Source: Cycas panzhihuaensis (taxonomy: Eukaryota > Plantae > Cycadophyta). From it: 64,000 nt of DNA. The notes under the pieces were generated by a model, which saw only the letters and a program-made list of their open reading frames with translations, was not told where the DNA came from and ran no database searches. Below, one piece after another: positions 41,101-52,662 of the stretch. The stretch's first letter is position 1; every line of letters starts with the position of its first letter. A program made the translations under genes and the position numbers. Location: the NCBI GenBank assembly GCA_023213395.1, contig CM041465.1, positions 220,975,741-221,039,740 of the forward strand, read 5' to 3'.

Positions 41101-44100
41101 GTAGTACATTTTTTGACATGAGGATAGATGTGAGAAGTGCAAAATGTAGAGTATTTTGAGTAAACTATTGGGCCAATAGCTAATTGTGAAAAATCATATC
41201 AACTCAAGTTGAGTTAGTATCTAATATGAGAGCAATTCCTTACTTAGGATTGTGGCATAGAAATTCTAAAAAATCTAACACAATAGAGTCAAATATATGT
41301 ACCTTGGAGGTTGACTCTAAAGTTAAAAACCTAATCATGAAGATGGTTATAGATGGGCTATATTTTGATCCATCTATCTTTTATTGACTATTGATTCAAT
41401 GATATACACTTGGTATACAACTAATTAATTAAAGTAGTGTCAATACATGTGATAAAAAGATTTATATTTAGATAGATAATGGAGGTATATACATATCATT
41501 AGCTAATCCACATAATAACTAATTGATCTTTATAATGATAGGTATCTTAATGGTATTACTAAGATATTTCCAATCATTCCATATTAATTAGGACTTCTTG
41601 AATGACAATGTTATAGATAGAAGAAGGCTTGAACTTTGTTTTCAAGATTTATTATATCTTAATGATATAACTAAGGAATGTGATAGAATTAGAAAAGTGT
41701 ATAAAAGGAGGAAGGAGGAATAAGGAATGATCACATTTTGGTAAGGGATTTGTAGAGGCCTAAGGCATATATTTTCTCTTCTTGGGATTCTTCTTTCACT
41801 TTCTTTTTATTTTTCTTTTCTCTTCTTCTTCTTTGCTTGTGTTTATCCATACATACATCGTAGTAAGAATTGTGTTTTAATGAAAGAGAAATTACATGCT
41901 ATAGACTTTTTAGACTTCAAAACTCTTTCATAAGGACACTAAGCTAGTGAAGATATAAGGTCATTCTAATTTTATTAATTTATGTTAAAAGGTTTTACTA
42001 GATAACACTTCTACACAGGTATTCTGTTGTATGTAAACTATCTTAATATTAAAATATAAGTATTTTGAGATTTCATTATTTTCTCATTATATTAAGTGCA
42101 TTATTTGAAGGTTTAATGATAAATAGTTCATTTGGTGAATAACGATATACATCTTGTATAAGGTCTATTGTTTATTGGAGCTCTTTTATATTTTTCTATA
42201 AGTTTATGGTTAAGAGTTATATGAATATATGCTAGGGATCTTTGATTATATTTTGGCACTTAACCTTAGATTATTAAGGAGTACATAATCTATATATCGA
42301 CATTGTATACTGATATTAATAAGGGATTTAATGATAAGTCAACAAATATGGCTAGGATTAAGGTCCCTCATCATTCTATTAGAAGTCTTTATTTATTGGT
42401 TTCATCTAGGTAGATTAGAACATTGAATTAATTCATTATCAAATATAAGGGAGGAAGTTGAACTCATTCTTTCTTATTCTTTCCTCCTTTATTTGAAGTT
42501 CTATTTTCATTTCGTTTTCCTTCTTGTTTCATCCTTATCAACTTCTTTTTTAATCTTTCCTTTCATACTAAAAAAAATGTCCCTTATAACTCTATTTAAT
42601 GGCTATTTACTTTTCAACTTTATATATCATGTACATTTATGTATTATACAAGCCTCTAAGTACGTTGTAGACTTGGATATTTTGTAGTTATCTCTTTATT
42701 ATTTGTGCTTATTCCTTAGATACATAGACTTAACCTTGTTACAACTAATCCTTTGGAGGTGGGGGGAGAAGGATAGTAATAGGGAGCAATACTGTGATGG
42801 CTTATTTATATGGGAGTTAAATAAATTTCCACTGATATTTATGTGAAAATTTAAAAATCACATAAAACATATAAAAATCACATGAAAAAGTGGGTGTTAA
42901 ATAGCCATGGCACATCACACACTAATATTTTATTATTTTTTATATTTTTAAAGTCCTTGATCACTTCATAGATTACTTAAAAGAAAAAAAAAATCATAGA
43001 CACCATGTAGGGAACTAGAATATTAGTATATGACCTTTGTAGAATGTAGAGAATTAAGAAATCTATATAATTTATTTGTAGATATTTGTTTAGATGATTG
43101 GAAAAGCTAAAAATAGCTTAAGTACTCTATAAGCCCATATGACATATGGGTATCTAGAAAGGAGGCTAATTGCTAGATTTCACAAAATTATCAAACACAT
43201 TAATCTAAATCCACTTTAGAAAATAAAAAAATATTTTTTATTAAAGGTTAATTTTAAAAATTTAAAGGTTTTTAAATGCATTTTTCTTTGATTTTTATAA
43301 ATTGATTCAATTCCTATCTATGATTTAGCAAGTCAATTTGATCTTACTATCTATATCTTACTTGTTCTTAAGATTTGACTCTAGCATTCATTTGGCAATT
43401 ATGGGTTAGGTCTATTCTTTTGGTTTTAGTGATTGTAAGCATTTACTTTCTCATCTAGTGTCTTTAGATTGGACTTTAATATTTAATATTATTTGATGGT
43501 GTTTAGTCCCTAATATTGAGATTTAAACCTATTATGTTAATATCTGTTTAATATTTTTTTGTCTATCAATTGATCAATTTGCTTTAATATTAACATTCAA
43601 TGTTTTTATTTGATAATTATTTGACACCTCAGTGACTTTGTTATTTATCCCTAGCATCTTATCTATCCTAATAAATACTTTTTACTTCAGACTGTAACAT
43701 CTTGCTTTTATATTTAAACAAAGGTTTTTATTTTGTATTTGGCATTTCATATTTAAAATATTTAAACCTTCATTTGGCTCATGTTTAATATCTACTCGAT
43801 AATTGCATTTACCCATTATTCTAAACTTAGTGTCTCTGCCTAGGATAAACTTTAACTCAAATTTGAACACCTTTTAATCCTTCCCTAAAAACCATAAACT
43901 TACTTACCTTAATACATGTTTTGAGCTTATCTACAAAACTTGCATTTAAATCTTCTCTATAAGAGAAAAAGTTTGGCTTTGTTCCCTAGCCATTAATACA
44001 GATTTACCTCACAAAGAAATTACAAATAAAAAATTATATCCTAACTTACATAAAAGTTTCCTTATAGAAATATTTACTCAAAAAATTTTATTATGTACCC

Positions 44101-44339
44101 TCTCTGGTTGATCAAGCAATGTACCTTAGATTAACACTTAGAATTATAGTCCACATATAAATACATATAATTTTAGATTTTTAATCTATGCCCTAAACTA
44201 CCACCATCAAATATATAATTTGGATCTAAAAATTTTAGTTATAGAGTTTAAGAATATTTGCCTTAGCCACAAATTTGATCTAAATTAAATACCCTTACTA
44301 AAATTCTAAAAGTTGTAAAATTTCACTGCAAATGATTTT

Positions 44340-44845
44340 TTAGCACTCAAAAAAATTTTACATGATTATTTTAAAACTAATTTTCCACATCATACTTGGC
44401 TTAAAAAGTCATTTTAAATTTATTGAATCAATTCTCGAATAGAAACCTTGGCATTCACCTTGTAAATCTCTCAAAATTAACTCATCACAATTTGGCTCTA
44501 ATACTAAATTTAAGTAAATTAACTCAAATCAAAATGCAAATACACCAGAAATGTTAGGTAGAATTGGTGTATCTTTAAACACTTTTTCATTCATTAAAAA
44601 GGCTCGAACCATAATTGTACAAGGTACACTCTCTCCCTCTCCCTCTCTCTCTCTCTTTAGATAATGGGATCAATAATGGTCCATAATTAACCTATAATTA
44701 CCTTGACACTTATCATATTAAATGATGACACTATAACTCACTTAATATTCTAGTGACTCACCATTAATTGCTAGGACCCACGATATAAATATTAATATCT
44801 TGAAAAATTATTTTGATGGCTTATTTTTTTCAAATATATGGGTCT
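44340..44845. repeat. ~500-bp direct repeat, left copy, abutting the element at 44846
   Basis: Colinear with 50327-50817 from ttagcact to atat..gtct. Confidence 0.95.
44495..44797 (-). mobile_element. Probable PBS plus ~290-bp 5' LTR of another old element (also present in the duplicate 50327-50817)
   Basis: Degenerate PBS rc gctctaatacta at 44495-44506, followed by an LTR-like segment with a (CT)n tract. Partner LTR not found. Confidence 0.45.
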
Positions 44846-45670
44846 TGTAAGAAATAGTGTTTACAGTAGAATAGGGCAGAACATATATCAAATAACCATA
44901 AACCAATATTGCATCAATACATCAATGTATCACAATCACAATGGTATAAACTATGAAAACATTATTGTTCAATCCATTGTAGTAGAAAAGAGTAATACAA
45001 ATTTCTCATATGAAGGTGGTGTCTTAAAACACCAGTGTTGCACACCCCTTAATATTTATAATTTGGGGGAGGAGGGAAACTCCTCAACCCCTGAATTCAA
45101 AATAATAATAAAATAATGTTAACTTAATTCAAATGAAATTAACTCAACTTAACATAAATCAAAGTTAAACTTACCTTAACTTACCTCGATATGTTAAGTA
45201 TCATATGTCTAAATTGAGGTTGATGAGATATACAATCCTAGTTGGAAAGGTAGGAGTGGAGTGATGATGATTAACTCCAACATTCTCCCCCTTAATGTCC
45301 TCACGAACATTTGAATCTTTTCTTTAAACTTATAGAACTTGTACTTGAAAAAAACTTTAAAAATCTGATCTTCATCAATATGCTTCAACCTTCTTGTAAC
45401 ATATGTCTTTGTATTATGAAGTAATTCAAAAAAGCTATAAGTAAATGATGCTTGATTCAAGTAGGTATGTATATATGCAACTTTGTCTTTGTCAACTGGA
45501 ATATTGAGAAAATTTTAAATTTGAACTTTATCTTTTGTAATCTATATGCTGTCAACAACTATCATATCATAAGATTCCTTTTTTGTTATATCAGAATCAT
45601 TCTCCATCATGTCATAAGATTCATCCTCCCCCTCAAATGGAGGAGCAGATACTTGTATAGCAAGTTGGTC

Positions 45671-46026
45671 CTACATTTGATATGAATCTTCATGGGTGTT
45701 GTCATTATGCTTCAGCTGTTCTGTCACCTGTCTCACATGCTCATAAAAAATATCATCAAATACATGGAGGGTATCTCCCCCATAAGTAGAAATCAATACA
45801 TTCCAAACTAATTTAGAAGTTGTTAATTCAGAAACCTTTGAAAAAACATCATCATTCATAGTGCAAAATAATAATTCTAATGCTTTATTATCCTTTCTAA
45901 TATTTTCCTTAATACTAATATCATAGTCATGTTGTAAATACTTCCATAGATCATGTGTAATAAAATAATTCTTCATAACCTTATGCCATTCTGAAAAATT
46001 TTACCCAATATAGGTAATTGTGCCAT
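45671..46026 (-). pseudogene. Copia gag N-terminal fragment (DUF4219/UBN2-like)
   Basis: MAQLPILG..NFSEWHKVMKNYFITHDLWKYL..KDNKALELL..DDVFSKVSELTTSKLVWNVLISTYGG. Confidence 0.85.
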
Positions 46027-46280
46027 GTTATAAAAAAAACTTTAGAATATATAAAGTATACTTTTAGCAAATCAAATAAAGTCAATAAGTGACTAAACTT
46101 GTATGATGTCAAATATACTCTTCAAAAGAAATGTAATACCTTTTGAAAATAAATGAACTAAATGCAATAAGGAAATAATGAATATAGAAGTAACTTTGAA
46201 ATCATATACCAATATTCTTTTAATGATACAAATCTGAAATAAGACCTTAACCTTTGAATTTTCTACAAATGAATAAATGT

Positions 46281-47400
46281 AAATTCTCAATGCAATAAAT
46301 CCTTAGCCTTGATGATAATATATAATGTTGAAAAAACTAAAATATATGTATATTTTACTTTGAAAGATAAGGAGTATGAAGAAACTTTTTAAAAGAAGGG
46401 TTAGAGGACAACCTTAAGTTTGACAACTTCAAAAATATACTAAACGATATTAGAATGATATAAAACTTTACGAGTATGAAGATAAACAAAATATGAATCC
46501 AACAGAACTGACCGTTTTGAAAAGGGGTTCCTATAAGTTAAGTTTTGAATGATTCAACAGTATAGACCTCCTTTTGACACCTAACAAGAGCATGGAGCTC
46601 AAAATTGCATAAAATTGCTAATAAAGCTTTAGAAAGTGTTGAAAAATAATCAAATATGTTTAGTAAAACTACTAAATAGATGTTTGGTTGAAAATTTTTG
46701 AAAAATTTTATATGAAAATATGCGAAAAATGACAGATTGAGGCTATTAAGTAGTCCAATTTTAATAGATTTAAAAATAAGTAAAAATACATTAAAATGTA
46801 CAAAAAACTATATCAGATCGAAGATAATTGAGTCATATTTCCAACAAAACTGACGGAACTAAATTTGGATGTCAAATAGAAAAGTTATAGCAAAAATGGT
46901 AATAGGTACATTTATGGTAAAGTGTTAAGAAAAATGCTAAAAACCACTAAAGTGCCACTTTCAGCGATTAAAATAATGATCAAAATGAATTCAAAAAAAT
47001 AAAATAAAAGGTGGATAATGAATTTTGCTGAATGTAGATTATTTTAGAACAAATCTAGGTAGAAAATAGTTTCCCGGTAATAAAATACAATCAGTTCAAA
47101 AAATGATTTTAGAAAAAGTGTAAAAAAGGTTGAAAAAATGACTGATTGACTTTAAATCGATTGAAACAGGGTCAAATCAGCACCAAATTGGTCATATGAC
47201 CAGTCAAAATTGATCTACAGAAAAGTTTTGACTCAATCTAAGTGGTTTTGTCTGAAACCGATACTCCAATGAGGAGTTATGGTAAAAAATTTGTCAATAA
47301 CCCTATAAAAAATAAAAAATAAAAAAAAAGAAAAAAGAAAAAAAGGTAATAAAGGGTTTGTTAACCCCTTTATTGATGAGTTATGGTCACGTGGTAATGA
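46281..47400. repeat. Conserved internal block of the family (second copy ~50863-51972), ending in a hairpin and CACGTG
   Basis: Long colinear match. Stem aataaagggttt..aacccctttatt at 47348-47374; CACGTG at 47388-47393 and 51961-51966. Confidence 0.9.
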
Positions 47401-47591
47401 ATAAAAGCAGAAGGCTGAGGTTGAGAGGGGGCTAGGGTTTACCTAACCCTAGATTTAAAAAATTTATATAATATGATTATATTTTTTAAAACTTTATTAA
47501 AAAATGAAAATAAAAAAATTGAAAAAAACAAAGGGCGCTACTGATGCCACGCCTAATCGCTTGATTTTGTTTCTGAGACACTAAGCTAGAT

Positions 47592-48043
47592 AGCATTGGG
47601 GGAGGAAGAGGTTATGGTTACCCCTCCTACGGTGCAATTCTCGCTTATGGAGCTTCTGGTTATGGTACCACTACTGCATATGGAGCATGCATGAATGGGG
47701 GTTATGTGTGCGTTGTTATGCTACCCCTGCTATGCAAAGTGTGGCTTATGGTACCGGCTATGGGAATGCTCCAGCCAATGGCCCTTACGGGGGCGGAGCT
47801 GCTAGTTACACAGGTGGTTATGGTACTACTCCTATGGCAGGTAAAACTAGGTGGGGGGGCACTGCTCCTATTTCTGTAGGGTATGGAACTGTAGGGGGTG
47901 GTTATTGGGGCAGTGGTGCACAAACACAAGCTGTTGTACTCGGTTCTAACTATGGCTATGGAAGCACTAGCTATGAGGCTCCTGTTAGCGGTGGTTATGG
48001 TGCTCCTACCGGAGGGGTTGTTGGCGGTGGTGGCAGCTACTCA
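47592..48043 (+). pseudogene. Captured Gly/Tyr-rich fragment resembling the C-terminal tail of plant hnRNP (RNP1/RBGD-type) RNA-binding proteins
   Basis: GGGRGYGYPSYG..GYGTTTAYG..MNGGY, then a frameshift into AYGTGYGNAPANGPYGG..TRWGG..GYWGSG..NYGYGSTSYE. No RRM present; low complexity limits certainty. Confidence 0.6.
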
Positions 48044-48101
48044 GGACTGCATACGATTTTCTGAAATTGTTACGCTGTCAATGAAAATTTATTTTGAATA
48101 G

Positions 48102-48308
48102 GAGCTAGATCCAATAGTCATTCAAGAGCAGAATTTGGAGCGTCTCCTTCATGCTCGTGGTGTTTTTGAGAGGGAATTTGATTCTTTGAGGACAATTGCC
48201 CCTGAATAAAAAGAGGAAAGGGCAATGCTCTTGGAAAAATGACTTAATATGGAGAGCAATTTTGGCAGTTTGGGAGATATATGTTTAGTTCAGAAGAAAA
48301 CACCAAGG
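48102..48308 (+). pseudogene. CRNKL1: Captured fragment of crooked-neck-like splicing factor (C-terminal region)
   Basis: Translates ELDPIVIQEQNLERLLHARGVFEREFDSLRTIAPE*KEERAMLLEK*LNMESNFGSLGDICLVQKKTPR, matching plant CRN ARxxFERA..PELKEERAxLLEDWLNMESSFGxLGDVSxVQxKLP. Two stops; not in the ORF track. Confidence 0.85.
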
Positions 48309-50326
48309 GCAGAGTATTGTTTTGGAGAGCTAGTATGGTTCTCCCCAAGGAAGTTAAAAAAAAATTAAGCTGTCAATTTTTTTTTTTTTTTTTGTACTCT
48401 TCATAAGTGCTTGGATAGAGGAAGTTTCCAAGAAAATCGTTCAATGTTAAAACTTCACAAACAAAAAACTCTGGTAACTATACCTAATGAAAATATTATT
48501 TTTGAATCTACACTACTTGTTTTGGCAATAGAAGCATCAACTGCTGATATGCTGCAGTGTTTACTTTGTATAACAAATATATCAAGTTTTTATTTTATTT
48601 TATTTTATACTATACCAAATAAAGCACCTTAAATGCAGGTGGGGTTTAAGTTGTTTTAAAAATAATCTGTAAATAACAACAAAGACAGCTTGACAAAAAT
48701 GAAACTTGAATCATATAGTTGTTTTATGTTACAACAAAAAGACACAATAAACTAGTAGTTTTTGATTCAATGGAGTTTAAATAAACCAAGAAATTTTCTA
48801 ATATTTTGACAAAAATAAGTCAAGCAAATGACATGTATACATATGTATTATGAAATATTTTCAAATAAGTTGTAGATATATTAGAAAAAATATGTATTTA
48901 ATTTGAAAAAAGGTATGAAGAACTTAGAAACATAATCGTAGCAGGCTTCTTCAAAATTTCAATGCATTCTCCAATATACAAATCTGCTGCATATGCTTCT
49001 CTGGATGGTTGAATATGCCCCAAAGATTGTAGATCTGTAGAAAACTTAAAAATATAGTAAAAAAATATGATGAAAAATATAAATCTATAATGAAATGTAG
49101 CAGATCTGAAATGAAATATTGTAGATTTAAAGTGAGAACCAGTAGATCTAAAAAAATATTGTGTAAATATTATAGATATGACCTAAGTATAACATATCTA
49201 TAGCCAAAAATTGTAGATCTGAACGAATATACCAGAAGAATGGTGAAAATTTGCTAAAATAAGTAGATCTATAGTAGATATGGAAAAATATGTAACAGAT
49301 CTAAAAAAAACTATGGCAGATCTGAAGTAAATGTTACAGATCTAAAATAACTATACTAGAAAATGTTGTAATACTTCCTGAAACAAGTAGATCTGAAGTA
49401 AAATATGCTAGATCTGAGAAAAAAATAGTAGATCTTAAAGAAAAATAGTATGAAGCTTGCATGCAACTGATATTCTTTGCAGATATGTGAAAAATATTAG
49501 ATAAGTAAACAAAAAACTGCAAGAAATGATGAAATGTATGATAAAATATGTAAATATGAAGAAAGATAGCTCAAATCTAAGAGAAAAAAACTTGAGTAAA
49601 TGTAGCTTGTTATTGATCTCTTTCACAAATATTTGAAAAAATATAGCTTATAGCTGAAATCCTTCATAAATCTGCACAAATCTGTGAAAAAATCTGAAAT
49701 ATACTTGTTATAGCATAAATATATTTTAATAATAAGCAAAGATGTTGAAAAATATATGAAAACTGCTGAAAAAATTGTGTAGAAAATAAGTATAACCAGT
49801 ATTTTACTTTATTGAGTAAATTTCCCTCAAAATCTTTTTATTTTTTTAAAAAACTTCACATATCAGCAATCGTCTGCTCTGATACTAATTGTAGGAAATA
49901 ATGTTTGCAGGAGAACAGGGCAGAACATATATCAAATAACCATAAACCAATATTGCATCAATACATTAATGTATTACAATCACAATAGTATAAACCATGA
50001 AAGTATTATTGTTCAATCCATTATAGCATAAAAGAGTAATATAAATTTCTCATATGAGGGCGGTGTTTAAAAACACTAGGGTTGTACACCCCTTAATATT
50101 TATAATTTGGGGCAAAAGGGAAACTCTTCAACCCCTGAATTTAAAATAATAATAAAATAATGTTAACTTAACTCAAATGAAACTAACTTAACTTAACATA
50201 AATCAAAGTTAAACTTACTTTAACTTACATTGACATGTTGAGAATCATATGTCTAAATTGAGGTTGATGAGGTGTATAATCCTGGTTGGAAAGGTGGGAG
50301 TGGAGTGATGACGATTAACTCTAACA

Positions 50327-50817
50327 TTAGCACTAAAAAAAAATTTACGTGATTATTTTAAAATTAATTTTCCACATCATACTTGGCTTAAAAAGTCATT
50401 TTAAATTTGTTGAATCAATTCTCGAATAGAAACCTTGGCATTCACCTTGTAAATCTCTCAAAATTAACTCCTCACAATCTGGCTCTAATACAAAATTTAA
50501 GTAAATTAACTCAAATTAAAATGTAAATACACCAGAAATCTTAGGTAGAATTGGTGTACCTTTAAATACTTTTTCATTTATTAAAAATGCTCGAAGCATA
50601 ATTGTACAAGGTACTCTCTCTCTCTCTCTCTAGATAATGGGATCGATAACGGTCCATAATTAACTTATAATTGCCTTGACTCTTATCATATTAAATGATG
50701 ACACTATAACTCACTTAATATTCTAGTGATTCACCATTAATTGTTAGGACCCATGACATAAATATTAATGTCTTAAAAAATTATTTTGATGGCTTATTTT
50801 TTTCAAGTATATAGTCT
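50327..50817. repeat. ~500-bp direct repeat, right copy, abutting the LTR end at 50326
   Basis: Colinear with 44340-44845. Confidence 0.95.
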
Positions 50818-52509
50818 AAAATAATGATAAAAAAAGATTTTCAAGAAGTATGCTTTTTGAATAAACTCTTAATACAATAAATCCTTAGTCTTGATGATAA
50901 TATATTATGCTGAAAAAATTGAAATATATATATATATTTTACTTTGAAAGATAAGGAGTATGAAGAAACTTTTTAAAAGAAAGGTTAGAGGACAACCTCA
51001 AGTTTAGTTGCTTTAAAAGTATACTAAACAATGTTAGAATAATATGAAACTTCACCAATATGAAGATTAATAAAATATCTATCCAATGGAACTATCCGTT
51101 TTGAAAACGGGTTCATACAAGTCAAGTTTTGATCAATCAAAGATATAGTCATCGTTTTGAGGCCTAACAGGAATAGGGAGCTCAAAAACTTATAAAAATG
51201 TTAAAAAAAATTTATATAATTCTATAAAAATGATTAAATATTATTTAGAAAATTGCTCAATATACTTTCAGTTGAAAAATTATATATAAAAATGTGTAAA
51301 AATGGTAGGTTGGAAGTAATTAAGTACCTCTACTTTGAGCAATTTGAAAATCAATAAAAGTATATTAAAATATATAAAAAAACTATGTCAGTTTGAAGGG
51401 AAATGAGTCAGCTTCCCAATGAAACTGACAGAACTGAATTTGGATGTCAAACAGAAAAGTTATAGCAAAAATGGTAACAGGTACCTTTATGGTAAAATGT
51501 TGAGAAAAAGGCTAAAAACCACTAAAGTGCCACATTCAGCGATTAAAATAGTGATCAAAATAAATTCTAAAAATTAAAATAAAAAATGGGTAATAAAATT
51601 TGTTGAACGTAGATAACTTTGGAATAAATCCAGGTAGAAAATAGTTTCTTGGTAATAAAATATAATCAGTTCAAAAGGTGATTTTGTAAAAAGTTTAAAA
51701 AAGATTGAAAAAAGGACTGATTGACTTTAAATAGACTGAAACAAGGTTAAATCAGCACCAAATTGGTCATATGATCAGTTGAAATCAATCTATGAAAAAT
51801 TTCTGATGCAATGAAACTAGTTTCGTTAGAAACTAATAATTCAGTAAGGAGGTATGGCAAAAATTTGTTAGTAACCCTATGTAAAGTAAAAAATTAAAAA
51901 AATAAAAAGAAAAAAAAGTTAATAAAGGGTTTGTTAGCCCCTTTAATAATGAGTTATGATCACGTGGTAATGCATAAGACTAGGGGCTAAAATATAAAGG
52001 AGCTAATATCTTTGAAACTCTGGATTTGAAAACTTATTCAATTTACTTGAATTTTTTTTAAACTTTAAAAATAAAAAAGGTTAAAAACCGTTCAAATTTT
52101 AATGGACAAGCGTGAACACAGCCGCCACACCTTGCATGTGCGTCACACACACACACACCTGATTTACCGCACAGAGACACAGAGGGCGACCTTGGATGGG
52201 GATTTGCTTGCTTTCTTTCATTGGTGGGAGGGTTTCAGTTGCTTGTTTCTTGCAGATAGAGACCGATTCCTTTTGCTTTGATCTAATGCTGCCCGTTTGT
52301 TTGAATACAAAGAAATCTACAGGTTTGGTGTCTGAGATTGAAGAATGGTGCATAAAATAGTGCTCTAGACTGTTTGATGGGTAGTTGTTATTTGCACTTT
52401 CGAAGTTTCTAGGCTCTGATTCTAGTTTTAGTGGATGATTAAGGCACTTGGGCGTGTTTCGCCAATTTTGGAAAGTGATTCAAAGGATCAGGGTTAGTGC
52501 TTAGCGGCA

Positions 52510-52662
52510 ATGAAGGCCACGATGGGCATGCTTGCAGGCCCTCACAAAATAAATGAACTCGTTTTGCTTCGACCTGATGGAGAAGTTAAGCCTAAGCCTC
52601 TAAAGCATACAACTGGTCAGATTTGCCAGATCTATGGAGATGACATGGGCTTAACAACAGAT
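52510..52662 (+). pseudogene. CESA: Captured cellulose synthase A N-terminal fragment (probable 5' UTR upstream)
   Basis: MKATMGMLAGPHKINELVLLRPDGEVKPKPLKHTTGQICQIYGDDMGLTTD versus the CesA consensus MEAxAGLVAGSHxRNELVxIR.DG..GPKPLK...GQICQICGDDVGLTxDG. Confidence 0.93.

Larger units (their letters stand above)
27447..42792 (+). mobile_element. Large non-autonomous Gypsy-type element: ~3-kb LTRs and ~2.7-kb interior with gag remnant only; 3' LTR split by nested elements
   Basis: LTR A 27447-~30516 aligns to 33223-34054 plus 40521-42792. Degenerate PBS tggcaattatattaggga at 30520; PPT aaaagtaaggaggctaga at 33205-33222. Gag motifs ATIWFYSLLNSSIRD*EDL (~31049) and ESILDYVSRFEK (~31192). No TSD recognisable. 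Confidence 0.85.
44846..50326 (-). mobile_element. Non-autonomous Copia-derived LTR element, copy 1 (gag fragment plus host-gene cargo)
   Basis: 437-bp TG..CA LTRs at 44846-45282 and 49890-50326. PBS rc gctctgatacta at 49876-49887; PPT rc ttctcccccttaa at 45283. No RT or integrase. Confidence 0.93.

Noticed and set aside
47687-48064. Intact glycine-rich protein gene
   Set aside because: Frameshifted, lacks an RRM or signal peptide, and lies inside an LTR element.
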